Assembly (NCBI RefSeq): GCF_006345805.1
Contig: NC_043009.1
Coordinates: forward strand, 17,236,001 to 17,300,000
Origin: Octopus sinensis
Lineage: Eukaryota
Reading direction: 5' to 3'
DNA: 64,000 nucleotides
The position numbers were made by a program, and so were the translations under genes. The stretch's first letter is position 1, and each line of letters starts with the position of its first letter. This document shows, one piece after another, positions 52,300 through 64,000 of the stretch. Under the pieces are notes generated by a model. That model saw nothing but the letters and a program-made list of their open reading frames with translations. It was not told the origin of the DNA and did no database searches.

Positions 52300-53499
52300 A
52301 AAGTTCGACAATTCTTTTTAACCTTTATAGTTGCTTCTTTTTCGAGCATCTCTTTTACTTGTGTGATAACTGATGACAATACTGCCATGCCACTTGGTTG
52401 ATTATACAAGAGATTACTGAATAAGCAGTCCTATTTTGTTGTCTATTATCATTATCTCAGCAGCTTATTCCTGCTAGTTTGGTTACTTTCTTAGCCTTCA
52501 TATCCTTAACTGCTATTTTTATTAAGTGGTCAATTCCAGTGGATGGTCCCTCTGCTGGGCCCACTTGGTGTAGTCCCTTTCTTTCCCAGCCATTCTACTC
52601 AATCAGCAACTTCTCATAGCAGCATTTCCATAACTTTCTCTTCACATCAGTGAGGCTGAGTACACCACCACCATTACACACATACTTTCCACTATTATGA
52701 GCTGATTCAAACTGATTCACTGCTTTGCAATCCAGAACACCTCAAGCTCTGATTCTCACTTCACAGAATTTTAGCAAGCATTTTATTTTCAGCTTCTCTC
52801 CTAGTTAAGTAGAGTTGATGTCTAAGTCTCTCTGCCAGCCTTTCTTCCGATTCTTTCTGGCTCTGTGTATATGCTTTTATGCTTCTGTTTATCTATTTAC
52901 TTTTATTTGGAAAAGATTTGTTCTGTTCCAATAATAGCTGTTATGATAAACTTCACAGTCCTTTTATACATAAGTCACTGTTAGACAGTGTCTTTCTTAT
53001 TGCCTATTTTAGCTTACATGACAACTAATCAGTTTAGACCTGATGACTGATTGTAAAACATTACAACATCTCATTTTAGACATTATTAATGACTAATAAA
53101 ACATCACAACAAATCTGATTAGATTAACTCTCCAAGAGATATGATACCAGTTCCATAATGCTACAAAACAGTAGTGTAGTCCTATGGAACTACCCTCACT
53201 CTATAGAACTTCTACATCAAACATATGTCCTCTGTTTGCTTTACATATCCATTCATCTTGACACAATTAATTCATGGAAACATCAGCTGACGCTGTCACT
53301 ATCCACTGCCTCTATTCACTTTTCTCAGTTAATTTTCCTTCAAACTGTCACTCAGGCTTGCAGTGCACATCAAATGAATCATGCTACGTCCAGCAAATAT
53401 AATAATACAGCAAAACAAATTTATGTCTTTGAATGTGAAAGCGAAAGTGGGTAAAAACATGCACTTGTCTTTAGTGAATTGTTTATTGCACAAAACACA

Positions 53500-53657
53500 G
53501 CAGAGTTAGTGAAAACAGTGCAGGTACATCTGCTAATTAGTGGAAACAATGCATATACATCCACTAATTAGTAACAATAGTGCATATACATTCACTAATT
53601 AATGAAAACAGTGTATCCATCCACTAATCAGTAAAAACTGTGTACACATCTATTAAT
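53500..53657. repeat. Degenerate ~31-bp minisatellite, about 5 units
   Basis: Repeats of approximately gtgcatatacatccactaattagtaaaaaca. Confidence 0.8.
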
Positions 53658-53713
53658 AATTTCCCACATATTACCAGATTCCTGTGTTTCATTCCCTTGT
53701 TTTTTAAACGTAC

Positions 53714-53830
53714 CATCACCTTTACGACCACTTAGATGAGGAGTGTCTAAAAGGAAGTTGGATGATGACGATACAGGTTTTGGCAGTCTCCTTCTCCAAC
53801 CTATTGGCATATTGCGCCAGTTTTGAACAA
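53714..53830 (-). CDS. Candidate non-EGF cassette/linker exon: VVQNWRNMPIGWRRRLPKPVSSSSNFLLDTPHLSGRKGD
   Basis: 117 bp, phase 1-1, open in the frame of the flanking EGF exons; long U-rich AG-free tract ending tctgaag|; donor GATG|gtacgt. Confidence 0.55.
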
Positions 53831-54477
53831 CTTCAGACAAAACAATGAACGAAGAGAAAAATAAAACAATGAAACAATAAAAAGAAAAAACTCAAAACAA
53901 TAATAAAAAAAAATTTTGAAATCAAAAATAAACTTCAAATAAATTAAACTTGTCATTTGCATGTTTAGAAATGTTTTCGTTTTGTAGTGAAAAAGGCTTA
54001 TGACACAATTTAAGGTAACAGAAAGTTCAGTTATGACAGAATAGCTACATCAACCCCAGTTGGGGTCTTTAACAGCTATTATGTAGCTGAAATCTAAAAT
54101 TTTTTTTTTTTATCTCTAATGGAATATTAAATACAGAGACAGTATGAAACTGAGCATAAAAATCTCACTAAACCTAGTTTAGTTCCAGAAAGCAAAGTCT
54201 GATGTGTATGATCTGATACAGTGACACATAACAAACTTTGTGCTACCTATGTTGTTCTGTATTCTGAAATTAAAGCTTCAATTCAACTCATTATTAATAT
54301 CTTTCTTTATTTTATAATTTAAATATTTTAGTTTTGGAATTGTACAGTAATTTCAGATTACTTAAATGTGTTAATTAAGAAGAAAAAAATCATGTAAAAT
54401 GTAGTATTTCCTCTCATCAATGAAATCATAGGCTAAAAAACAAAACAATAAAAAACATGAAGAAGACAAAAATTTAC

Positions 54478-54606
54478 CTAGACAAGTTTTGTTATCTTCA
54501 TTAGACAGTATAAAGCCTGGTCTGTGACATTCACAATAGTATGAACCATCTACATTCTCACAGATCTGTTGACAATCACCATTTCTTGAAGCACATTCAT
54601 CAATGT
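54478..54606 (-). CDS. cbEGF exon: [43 protein letters not shown]
   Basis: 129 bp; acceptor ttccctttgtgcag|AC, donor CTAG|gtaaat; six cysteines; C-x-N-x4-Y-x-C-x-C consensus. Not in the ORF track. Confidence 0.95.
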
Positions 54607-57600
54607 CTGCACAAAGGGAAAAGAATAATTCAGAAAAAAATGTTAGTTTAATATTGACAGAATTGTGTAATAAAATGATGTGGTTGGAGAAGAAATGAGA
54701 GAAAGAGGAAATGTGATGTGAACACGTAAGACAACATGAGATGAAGTTTGTGATTGATGCTGCTTATGTCATGAAAAGTATGTCTTGGTGTATAGAGCAG
54801 TGTAATGTTGATTTCTTGAAGAGATACATTATATCTTTGCACAAACAATGACAGAACAAGAGCAATTGATCTTGGGCCAAATAGAACTATGAAGGGTCTT
54901 GGAATTTACAGTGTCTTGTAAACATACAGCTGCCTATTTCTCTGTTATGTCCATACAGAGCTAATCAAGAGTATGCAACACTATTATCTTCTAAATCCAT
55001 CTTATCAATAATAACACCAATAATTATAATAAGTTGCTTGGACTAGTGTCACTACCAATACTTTGTTTTAAGTTGATAAGTATAATTCCATGTTCAGAGT
55101 GGAAGACAACAAGTTAAAGTATAATGGTGTTTCCCCGTTGTTTTACTATACGATAAATTAAGGTATATCAAAAATTTGCATTTTCTAATGTCACCTTCTT
55201 ATCTATGAATGTCTTTCTAGTGTAGTATCATCAGTTTGTCACATTCTACTCAAACTATAACAAACTTATTCTTTACGAATACTCCAGCGATGGTGGTGGT
55301 GGTGGTGGTGGTGCAGGCTGTCACACTGCACCCTATATACGTTATCATGCACTACATACAGGAATGTGTGGTATTCACCATCAACTAGGCAGAGACATGG
55401 TGTAGCAGGCAAAATAGATTTGTGGGTCAGCTTGGTCATTTAGCTGGCTGCCTACATGCTGTAGGACTGAACTAAGCTGGGGCTATGGAATAACAACAAC
55501 TCCAACTGTACTCTACCCACTCAAACCTTTCAGTTGCATCCTTACATTGTCACCCACTCAGTGTTTCTTGCTTTCAAGCACAATGACAAATCTTATGAGG
55601 AAAGTACATCCTGGGGATCTGCTTGCTGTTCAATGGAACAACTTTCCTTTTGGCTGTGTCTTTTCAAACTCACTAAAGCGTATAGAACCCTAAATAATTT
55701 TACTTAATTAATACAATATCTGAGTGGTAGAGCTCTTCTTGTCAATTAATACACTTACCTCCTTTCCTTCTCTCCCAGACATATCTGAATAGAAATATTT
55801 TAAAATCACATGCCACCCTTTAGCTGAAATCTCAAGATGTATGTCAGCTCATACGTAACATTTTTACCCTCCACCCCACTTTTTTTGATCTACTGTGTGA
55901 CTAAAACACCTTTCAAAATGTACTGACACTAAAACCCAGACACACACACATACACACACCCCTATATAAAATACATTAGAAAGACATGTTTCCAAATCTT
56001 TACAGAGTAAAAAAAAAAGCAAGAAATATCTAAAAATTAGGAATGATGAATGAGTTGAAAAAATTCAATACGAAATGTATGAATGATGTAAATTATATAT
56101 GTGTGAGGTGTGGGTGTATGCTTGCAATACACTCTGAATTGGCAAAAGATGTTGAAGATGTGTACAAGTTCACACACACACACACACACACACACATATG
56201 TGCATGAGTGTGTTCATGTATGTGTGTGAGTGCACTTGTGCGTGTGTGTGTGTGTGTGTGCGTGTGTGTACATGTGTGTGTGCATGTGTGTGCGTGCGTG
56301 TATGTGTGTGTGTGTATGTGTGTTGATGTATGTGCTTGAATTAATTGTCTTATACATATAAAGCATATATGCTGATATAAATTTTCAAATTCTTTTATAA
56401 ATTCAAAATGTATTGCACTCAGATTATATGCATCTACATATTTTAGATGTGAGTATATATCTATAACTGTCTGCCTGCCTGATTGTATGTATGTATATAT
56501 GTCAGTCAGTCTGTGTGTGTGTATGTATGCTGGTATGTATGTAAGCATGTATTTATGTGTCTTTGTACCTATGTATGTATACAGGTATGAATGCGAAGCA
56601 GCTTTTTGTTTAGATATATCAAACTGAAAAATGTCTTTATGCAGTTCTTTACATATTTTTATTTTAATTTTTCCTAATTTCCAATGAATTTTTCTCTTCT
56701 TAATGGAGATTTTATGTGAATTTTTCAAGGGCTAATTTATTTATGATTGAAGGTCATGTGATCCTATCATGTGAACCTATCATGTGATCCTGTCATTAAG
56801 GTCTATAGTATAACTGCTGACTACGATATTCTGCTTTTAATGTAACCATGAGTCTTGTAATATATGCACAAGGAAATCTCTATTTAGACTGACACAACAC
56901 ATTCCTGTAGGTTAATTAACCACCTGAAACAAGGAGGCATGGCAATATATTGCTTTATAAAAGCCATAATATATAATATTGGTTAGTAATTTGGAACTAT
57001 TGATAGTTTTTTTCTCCTTAGGTAAAAATATGTCCATCAAAACATCAATTGTGATTACCATTTATCTGAATATGTTATCAGAGATTTTCCCCATATCACC
57101 AGATTTTTAAAACTAAATGACACTTACTAAAACATACTTTCAACAAAAGTTTTTTTAAAATTTAGTTTTCATGCATAATTTGTTTTTTATGTATATTTCA
57201 TTGATCCCAACAAACATTGAAACACAATGACCATCTGTGTGCATTGATGCTGCAACTATTTTCATGCATATTTACAGGGCTTGTTACATTTCAAACACCA
57301 CATACAGTAAGAACACAAACTAATTAATACTCCACTGGCTTTCATATATTTCATTAGCATAATATCTCAGCAATAACATTGACCTTATTTATCTTATGTA
57401 TCACTACTGGTAAAAAAAAAAAAAAGAAAAAAAAAGGAAAAAAAACAAAGAGAACACTGTTGCTCTCTGCATTTTTTATGGTGAAAGTAGCAAGGAAGTG
57501 TTTGTAATTTGATACAGAATAAATATCTCAAGGGACAGTGCTTGTAAAGTAGCAGTTTTCTGTTTTATTTGACAATATTTACAACTTTTCCTGATATGAA

Positions 57601-58507
57601 ATATTACTCAGAGAGAAAGAGGGAGAGAGAAAGAAAGAGAGAGAAGACACATGCACACACACACACACAAACACACACATACACTGCAAGATTCCCTGCA
57701 GTTTCTGTTTATTAATTCAGTTTCTGTTTATTAAATTTCAATCACAAGGTATTGATGAACTTGAAGTTATTGTAGAAGACACTTGCATAATATTCAATGC
57801 AGAGGAACTGAATCTGATTCTAACTTTTTAACCCCCAAAACCATTCCTCTACACTTGCACTTAAATTCCCCATTATTTACTAGAATACAATGAAAATCAT
57901 CTATCATGTCATTAACAACCCATTTGTAATATGGATCTTTAAGGTCTCCTAAGATTCAACTAAAAAAATCTAATGGTTATGGGTGGGGGCGGGTGGGGGG
58001 GTCTTCATCTTGGCATCTTTTATTGGTTCTTTAATTTGCAATCCTACAAAAGTTTCAGTTTAAAATTTTGTTTCAAATGAAAAAAACTGAAAATTTATGC
58101 AAAGCTGCTTGTACAAATCTATATTTTTATTAAAAAATTTACAAAATACCAGTAAAAGAGCATTGTTTTAGATTTGTTACAAAGTTACAACATAACTTTT
58201 AAAATCCTTCTTAAGAGGTTAGCTATGGGCATATAAAATCCCAAATGTTAGTCATCATAATTCTAATGTCCCCTTTTCCATGCTTGCATGAATTGTAATT
58301 TGTCAAGGCAAATTTTCTATGGACAGATGCCTAACTGTCAATTGTTTCCAGGTAAGGTAATATTTCCCCACGGACAGACATACTTTCAAAGAAGATTGGA
58401 AATGAAGGACACCACTAGCATGTGATGTCAAGACAATGACACACAAACACATACATACGTACACACACATGTACATATATGTATACATATATATATACAA
58501 TGTGCTT

Positions 58508-58850
58508 CTTTCAGCTTTTATCAGCCAAATTCACTCACACAACTTTGGCCAACCAGAGACTACAGTAGATTACAAAGAATCATGCAGTGGGACTGAACCT
58601 AAAGCCATATAGTTGAGAACCAAAATTCTTAATCACACAGCCATGCCTGTACTTAAATGCATACAGTGGTTTCATATTTTGGCACAAGGCCAGCAATTCT
58701 AGGGGCAAGGTATGTTGATTACATCAACCTCAGGGCTCAACTGATACTTATTTTATCGACTCCAAAAGGATAAAAGGCAAAATCGTCCTCAGCAGAATTT
58801 GAACTCAGCATTTTGCCTGGTTTGCTAATGATTCTGCCAACTTGCCACCT
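58508..58850 (-). mobile_element. Degenerate family B (58508-58648) and family A (58680-58850) SINEs
   Basis: gcagtgggactgaacc...cacacagccatgcc and ggcacaaggcc...gcagaatttgaactcag. Confidence 0.7.
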
Positions 58851-60043
58851 TAAAAAGTGGCCAGCAAGCCCCCTACAAGGAATCAATGCGCTTAAATACA
58901 TATATTACAATATATGGAACTTTTGAATAACTACCTTGAAAATCAACAATGGGTGGTATTACTTTGAAATTAGTGCAAACTAACCAATTGGGTTTGTAAA
59001 TGTTATTTTAAACAGAAGTTCTGCGTTATTAGTTGTTTTAAAAATTTCTAAAAAATGAAAGCACAGTCAGTCAGTCCCTGATATCTTAATATTGTTGTGC
59101 TTCTCAAGCCAATCAACCTCTAATCATTTGCTTTGGATGGGACACACTTTGTTAAATTAGGTCTTTCCTAGTTTTGCTGCAAAAAAGATGCAGTAAAAAA
59201 TATTAGTTTTGTCACTCTGTTCTGAGTTTAAAATCTGCAAATTTACTTAAGTTGGTATTACTTGCTCATTTGCAAGGTTGATTAAAGAAAGTGCTTGTTA
59301 TATACTCCTCAACTACAACTTATGATCATGTGCCAGTCTAAGAAATCAATATTTTGTGGTAAATAATTAAATGTTCCTTCCTAAAGAATTTTATAAACTT
59401 TTTCTCTATAATGCTATCATACAAATGTTTCTTTTACAAACAGATTTTTCCCTTTAAATTTGATAATACGTGTTTTAGAAATATTATGCAAAAATATTAG
59501 ATACGTAAAGAGGGTATTTATAATGTTATTTATCCAGCAATTAGACATATTATTGTAGTTTAAATTATAAAAATTACGGACAAAAGTTAGAACTATTATA
59601 AATTACAGTACAGAGCCTTTATATGTCATACCAGACCTTTAAGCATGAATATTATTTTTGAAGTCAACATGTTTGAAAATTTAAATAGCAACTTATAATT
59701 AGCATTAAATGATACTTATTTAGATATTTATTAACATTAATGAAATTTCTTATCAGGAAAGACAGGGGAAAGCACTCCATAGAGTTAGACTTTCTGTAGA
59801 CTACTGAAGTAAAGCCCACTTAGCTCTGTATCTCTTAGTCTTGTATATTTGATTGTCTGGAACTTTTTGTTGTAAAAAAAAAATTTTTTATAAGAAATCA
59901 GTGGTTGCTGAATTCATTCTGCCATTATTTTCACCTGAGTGATAAAGGATAAGGCCACTGCCTAAGCGTTTTGCACCTGCCTCAACTTACACACACACAC
60001 AGGTGTGTGTGTGTTGTAGGGGTGTATTTCTATATGTACACAC

Positions 60044-60079
<36 letters not shown>

Positions 60080-61599
60080 GTATATTTCCTCAGATAAGAG
60101 GAAAAAAATCTATCAGAAAAGAACTCTATCTCTCTTAAAAAAATTTTGATAAGCATAACAAATGCGCAACCGGTAAAAAGAACTTTCACCTAATTAAATT
60201 ACTTAAATTACTTAAATTATTTTGTCAGCATTTTCTTCATTTCCTTTTTTATATATCACAACTCATGTTCCACATCTCCTTTTTTAAATATATATATATA
60301 TATATATATATAGTCCAAATAGAAGTTGAAAAGGTCTAAAAGACTTTTACAGGAAAGACCAGAAAGATGTCTAAAATCTGTTCTGATTTGAAGAACACTT
60401 GTCACTCATAACAGGCACTATGGTACAGTTTATATAAGATTCTTCACAGAAATTGAAGTAAAAAAAAGCTCCATTGCCTCCTTAAGAAATGAGAAATTAA
60501 TCCTTATATCTTGGCCAACAAATAGCAAAGGTGAGCATGGTAGATGTGCTGCCAGAAATAAGCATTAGTTGATGCCAGCTATGTTGTACAGAGAAGCGGA
60601 AACCCAAATATCAGACATGCACAAGTTGTGTAAGGAGAACTGGTCAGCAACAGGAATGGAGTTTTTGATCCAAACAGATCAGGGGAGACTCAAAGCAATC
60701 CCTGATCTGTTTTACTTACCAGCAAGAATCCCTTGGGCATGCGATGGTAGAGAACTGAAGACCAAGATGTCTCATGTATGGTGCTCCCAGTCCACAGCAG
60801 AGGGAAAATGAAAGAAGCCCGCCCACTGCTGTCAATGTCACAACCAAGTAAAAAGGAACAACAACAGCATGCCATAAGAACAGAACAACAACAACAACTC
60901 CAAAAGTAAGGTTGTAGCAGCAGCAGCAGCAGCAGCTGTGAAAGCAGGAGCAGTAGCAACATCAGCAGCAGCAGCATGAACAAAAACAGCAACAGAACCT
61001 TCTCCTCATGGCAACAATAACAACAGGAACATCTTTACTGGCAGCAATGGAATCTTCTAACTGTAGCTCCAGCACATCACATGACATAACTCTACCACCT
61101 CAAATCACCCTGACATGTCTTGTGATAAGAGTGACAAAGATGAAAAAGTGGGAAACTGTCTCTGTGAGAAGAGAGACAAAAGGACAAAACAAATCTGACC
61201 TCACATAAAATTGAGAGATATGAAAATAGGAAAAAATTTCACAACATCAGCATCACTGACAACACTAACCTTGCAAACACTACAACAAACACAAACACAA
61301 TCCAATCTACTCTTAAGTCAACAATAAGAACAACATTCACAAAGTGAACATAAAACGTCATAAACTGCACAGCCATAAACACAAACAACAATGAATGAAC
61401 TCGGCATAAACAGCAATGCACAAACATTGCACATGATGGCTACATGTTACCTATAAACTCACATGGAAATCCTAAAAACAACATCAAACTTGTAAACTCT
61501 AAGAATTCCTAAAAACAACATAAAACTTCTAACAGACAATAAACAAAAATTGTACGAAATAAAACTGGTAGAAATACTCATAATAAGTTAGAAGTGCAG

Positions 61600-62320
61600 A
61601 TCACCTGTTCTTCCACAGGAATAAGGTAAGTAGTTCTTACCTCTTATCCAACTTTATCGAACATAACCATACTCAGAAGAGGCAGTCTGAATGCAAAAAA
61701 ACCCTCAGGTTACACTGGAAGCAATGCCACCTTCTGCCAACAACCTGAGGTTACTAGACATAAACATCCTGAAAGCAGAGGTTAAGTCAATGTTGCTGGA
61801 TGTGAATACCAGTGATGATCATATCTTCCCACTACTAACCATCTACTAGCTGCATTTCTTTAGGCCTCAAGAATCTTTCTTGGAAACGTCCTACTCCTTG
61901 ATTAGTTGGGGACTGCAACAGTATCTTGGAGGCACTGGAACAATGTGGAACTAGCTAATGGAAGATAGAGTGCAAAAGCTTCACATGCCTTCTCAGATGT
62001 TTCCAATTGTCTGACAGGAAATGACTGGATTTCTCAAATGTGCCAATGTGGACATAGGACAAATTGCATCAGGTCATCCAGATCATACCTGAATAGAGTA
62101 TTCTGTAGGCCAAAGAAAAGGATAGTATTGTTTTCTTTAATTCAGTCAACCTTGATAGGTTTCATAAACAGGAACCTGATTACTGGAATTTAAATGTGCC
62201 TTTCCCAAGGCTTACTGAGACCAGATTAGCAAATTAGTTAAGTGGGTGTTGCCAGAAACAGTTGTCAACAACTGAGCAACTGAAGTAGAACTGATAAAGT
62301 TTAGTAAAGGAGTAGCAATA
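61600..62320 (-). mobile_element. Possible decayed tyrosine-recombinase (DIRS-like) fragment
   Basis: Loose motifs LCP, SRW and HP/SAF in the order expected for the family; many stops. Confidence 0.3.
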
Positions 62321-62366
62321 TTAGATTAGAAAGAGGCTTAGTTAGAATATTAAAAGGTCTGTTTAA

Positions 62367-63582
62367 GGGTGATTCAGCTATTGTTATTAGCACATCTCAC
62401 AATTACCTGATACCTTCCTCATATCTTTGTCATTCAGACATGTTTCTCAATATTTTTGCCCACAAAAACACATTTCATGGAATGATGATGTACCCAAGAT
62501 TGATTCATTGCTGGGATTTAAGCAAAATATTTTGACTGTCCCTATTTTAAACTTTGATTTTAAAAAAAAATTTTGAAAAAGATTGGAAATTTTAGAATTT
62601 AGGTGATGGGAGGGGGGAAATCTAAAAAATATTTTTTCCATTATCATATGAATTCCCATGTGAAGAACAAAATTCATGAACATTTTCTGAAAATTCTAAA
62701 AAATAAAAAAGTTATGTGGAGTTATATGGGTTGCTTAAAGCAGAATTCTACCTTTATTACCACCTCTTCCCTCATGTTATTGAAAAGTTGTATTCTTTGT
62801 AATTAAGTAGAAGTAATTTGGTCTTTAGCATGTTGACCTTTATGTTGCTTGAAATGCTATTTCTCTGGACTGCCATATTAGTTTGAAATTTGTGTTTAGT
62901 CAAAAATGACCAATATGATCCTACTTGTTTTGGGTCCTTTTCTCAGCTACCACACCACAACTTACAGTTCTTGGAATTCTTTCATTCTGCTGCGAAGAAC
63001 ACATAAAAAATGTCTAACATAGAGACATCAAGTTTGTAGGGTAGACCATCCAAACTAGGTGATTTGCCCACTGTGCAGGTAGCCATCAATTCCTGTGTTC
63101 TAGTGGGTGTGGTTTATTATTATTTTTTTCTTTTGCAACACTCAACATCAGTTGTTAAGGATCATGACAGGTTGTTGAGATTCACATTGAAGTTTATCCT
63201 GTGACCCAGCCTATCTCGCATCTTAAGCATGTGAGCAAAATACCACTGAAAAGCCCTTCCCCATTTGTTTGACACTGAGTAGTGCATTCATCATAATCTA
63301 TCAAAGACCGAATTGTGGCTTTGTTTCTACTTCTGTTCCTCTGCTACTCAAATTTGTCAAACAGCTTTCATTCCTTTCATGCCTTAGAGCAGACACCTTA
63401 ACTCTGATAACACAGCTTTCTTGCTTCATAATAAAGAATTGGTCAAGGGCTAATATTGCTGAAAGCACATCAGTTTTGTGGGGAAAAATATTGAAAAACA
63501 TCAATATATATCTGAATGACAAAGATATGAGGAAGATATCAGTTAGTTGTGAGATGTGCTAATAATAATAGCTGAATCATCC
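62367..63582. mobile_element. Kolobok-like non-autonomous element, or a pair of inverted MITE ends
   Basis: TTAA|GGGTGATTCAGC ... GCTGAATCATCC|TTAA, with ~105-bp inverted arms. Confidence 0.5.
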
Positions 63583-64000
63583 TTAAATCACACACTCAAC
63601 AAAATTATTATTATTTTTTTATTATTTGCATAATCATAGAACACAAATTTGCAAAAAAATTCTAAAACTTCCAAGAAATAGAAAGTTATGAGGGTTTATA
63701 TTGAGTGCTTAAACCAGAATTCTGCTGCAAAATGGTTTTGTGTTTACTAGAATGCTGACCAGTAACGAGGATGTCAGATGAAGATGATACATAGAAATAA
63801 TTGTCTGTAAGAGCAACATAAAATGCTGTCAGTGGATCCCTCAAATAACTCTGTAGATGCAGCTTATGTCACCATGGTTCATGTTCCTCTTTGGGAGGAG
63901 TCTTGTGAGGATTTAAAAAGGGATTGGGAAGGTGCTGTGTTTTATGAAATTAAGATGGTTTTTAAACTTGTTAAACTTGTCCAATATCATAGCACCATAG

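Noticed and set aside
60840-61000. (CAG)/(CAA)-rich polyQ- or polyL-like ORFs
   Set aside because: Degenerate trinucleotide microsatellite with no splice or domain support.
63772-63812. TGAAGA...GAAAT...GTC hammerhead-like string (also CTGATGA at 53040)
   Set aside because: Core nucleotides and stem pairings are too degenerate to distinguish from chance.

Overview
AT-rich, microsatellite-dense eukaryotic genomic DNA. The SINE, RTE-LINE, mariner and MITE content looks like that of an octopus (coleoid cephalopod); this is inference from recognised repeat types, not a database hit. The only supportable host gene is on the minus strand. It has five symmetric phase-1/phase-1 exons (54478-54606, 47619-47738, 10547-10672, 8726-8851, 4868-4990), each encoding one calcium-binding EGF module, so it is an internal part of a large extracellular tandem-cbEGF protein (fibrillin/fibulin/LTBP/SCUBE-like; no symbol can be assigned). 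Three of these exons are absent from the ORF track. A sixth candidate, a 117-bp in-frame non-EGF exon at 53714-53830, is followed by a minisatellite with ACUAAY motifs. The rest is intronic (one intron is ~36.9 kb) and filled with decayed mobile DNA: Tc1/mariner/maT, RTE LINEs, a Gypsy RT, a Penelope-like GIY-YIG element, tRNA-derived SINEs and TTAA-flanked MITEs. The best leads are the candidate cassette exon, a ~320-bp near-perfect palindrome with a type I hammerhead ribozyme motif on each strand, several other fold-back structures, and a 15-bp target site present three times around stacked SINEs. No prokaryotic genes, CRISPR arrays, rRNA or genuine tRNA genes were seen. Repeat boundaries are approximate unless a TSD or TIR is quoted.
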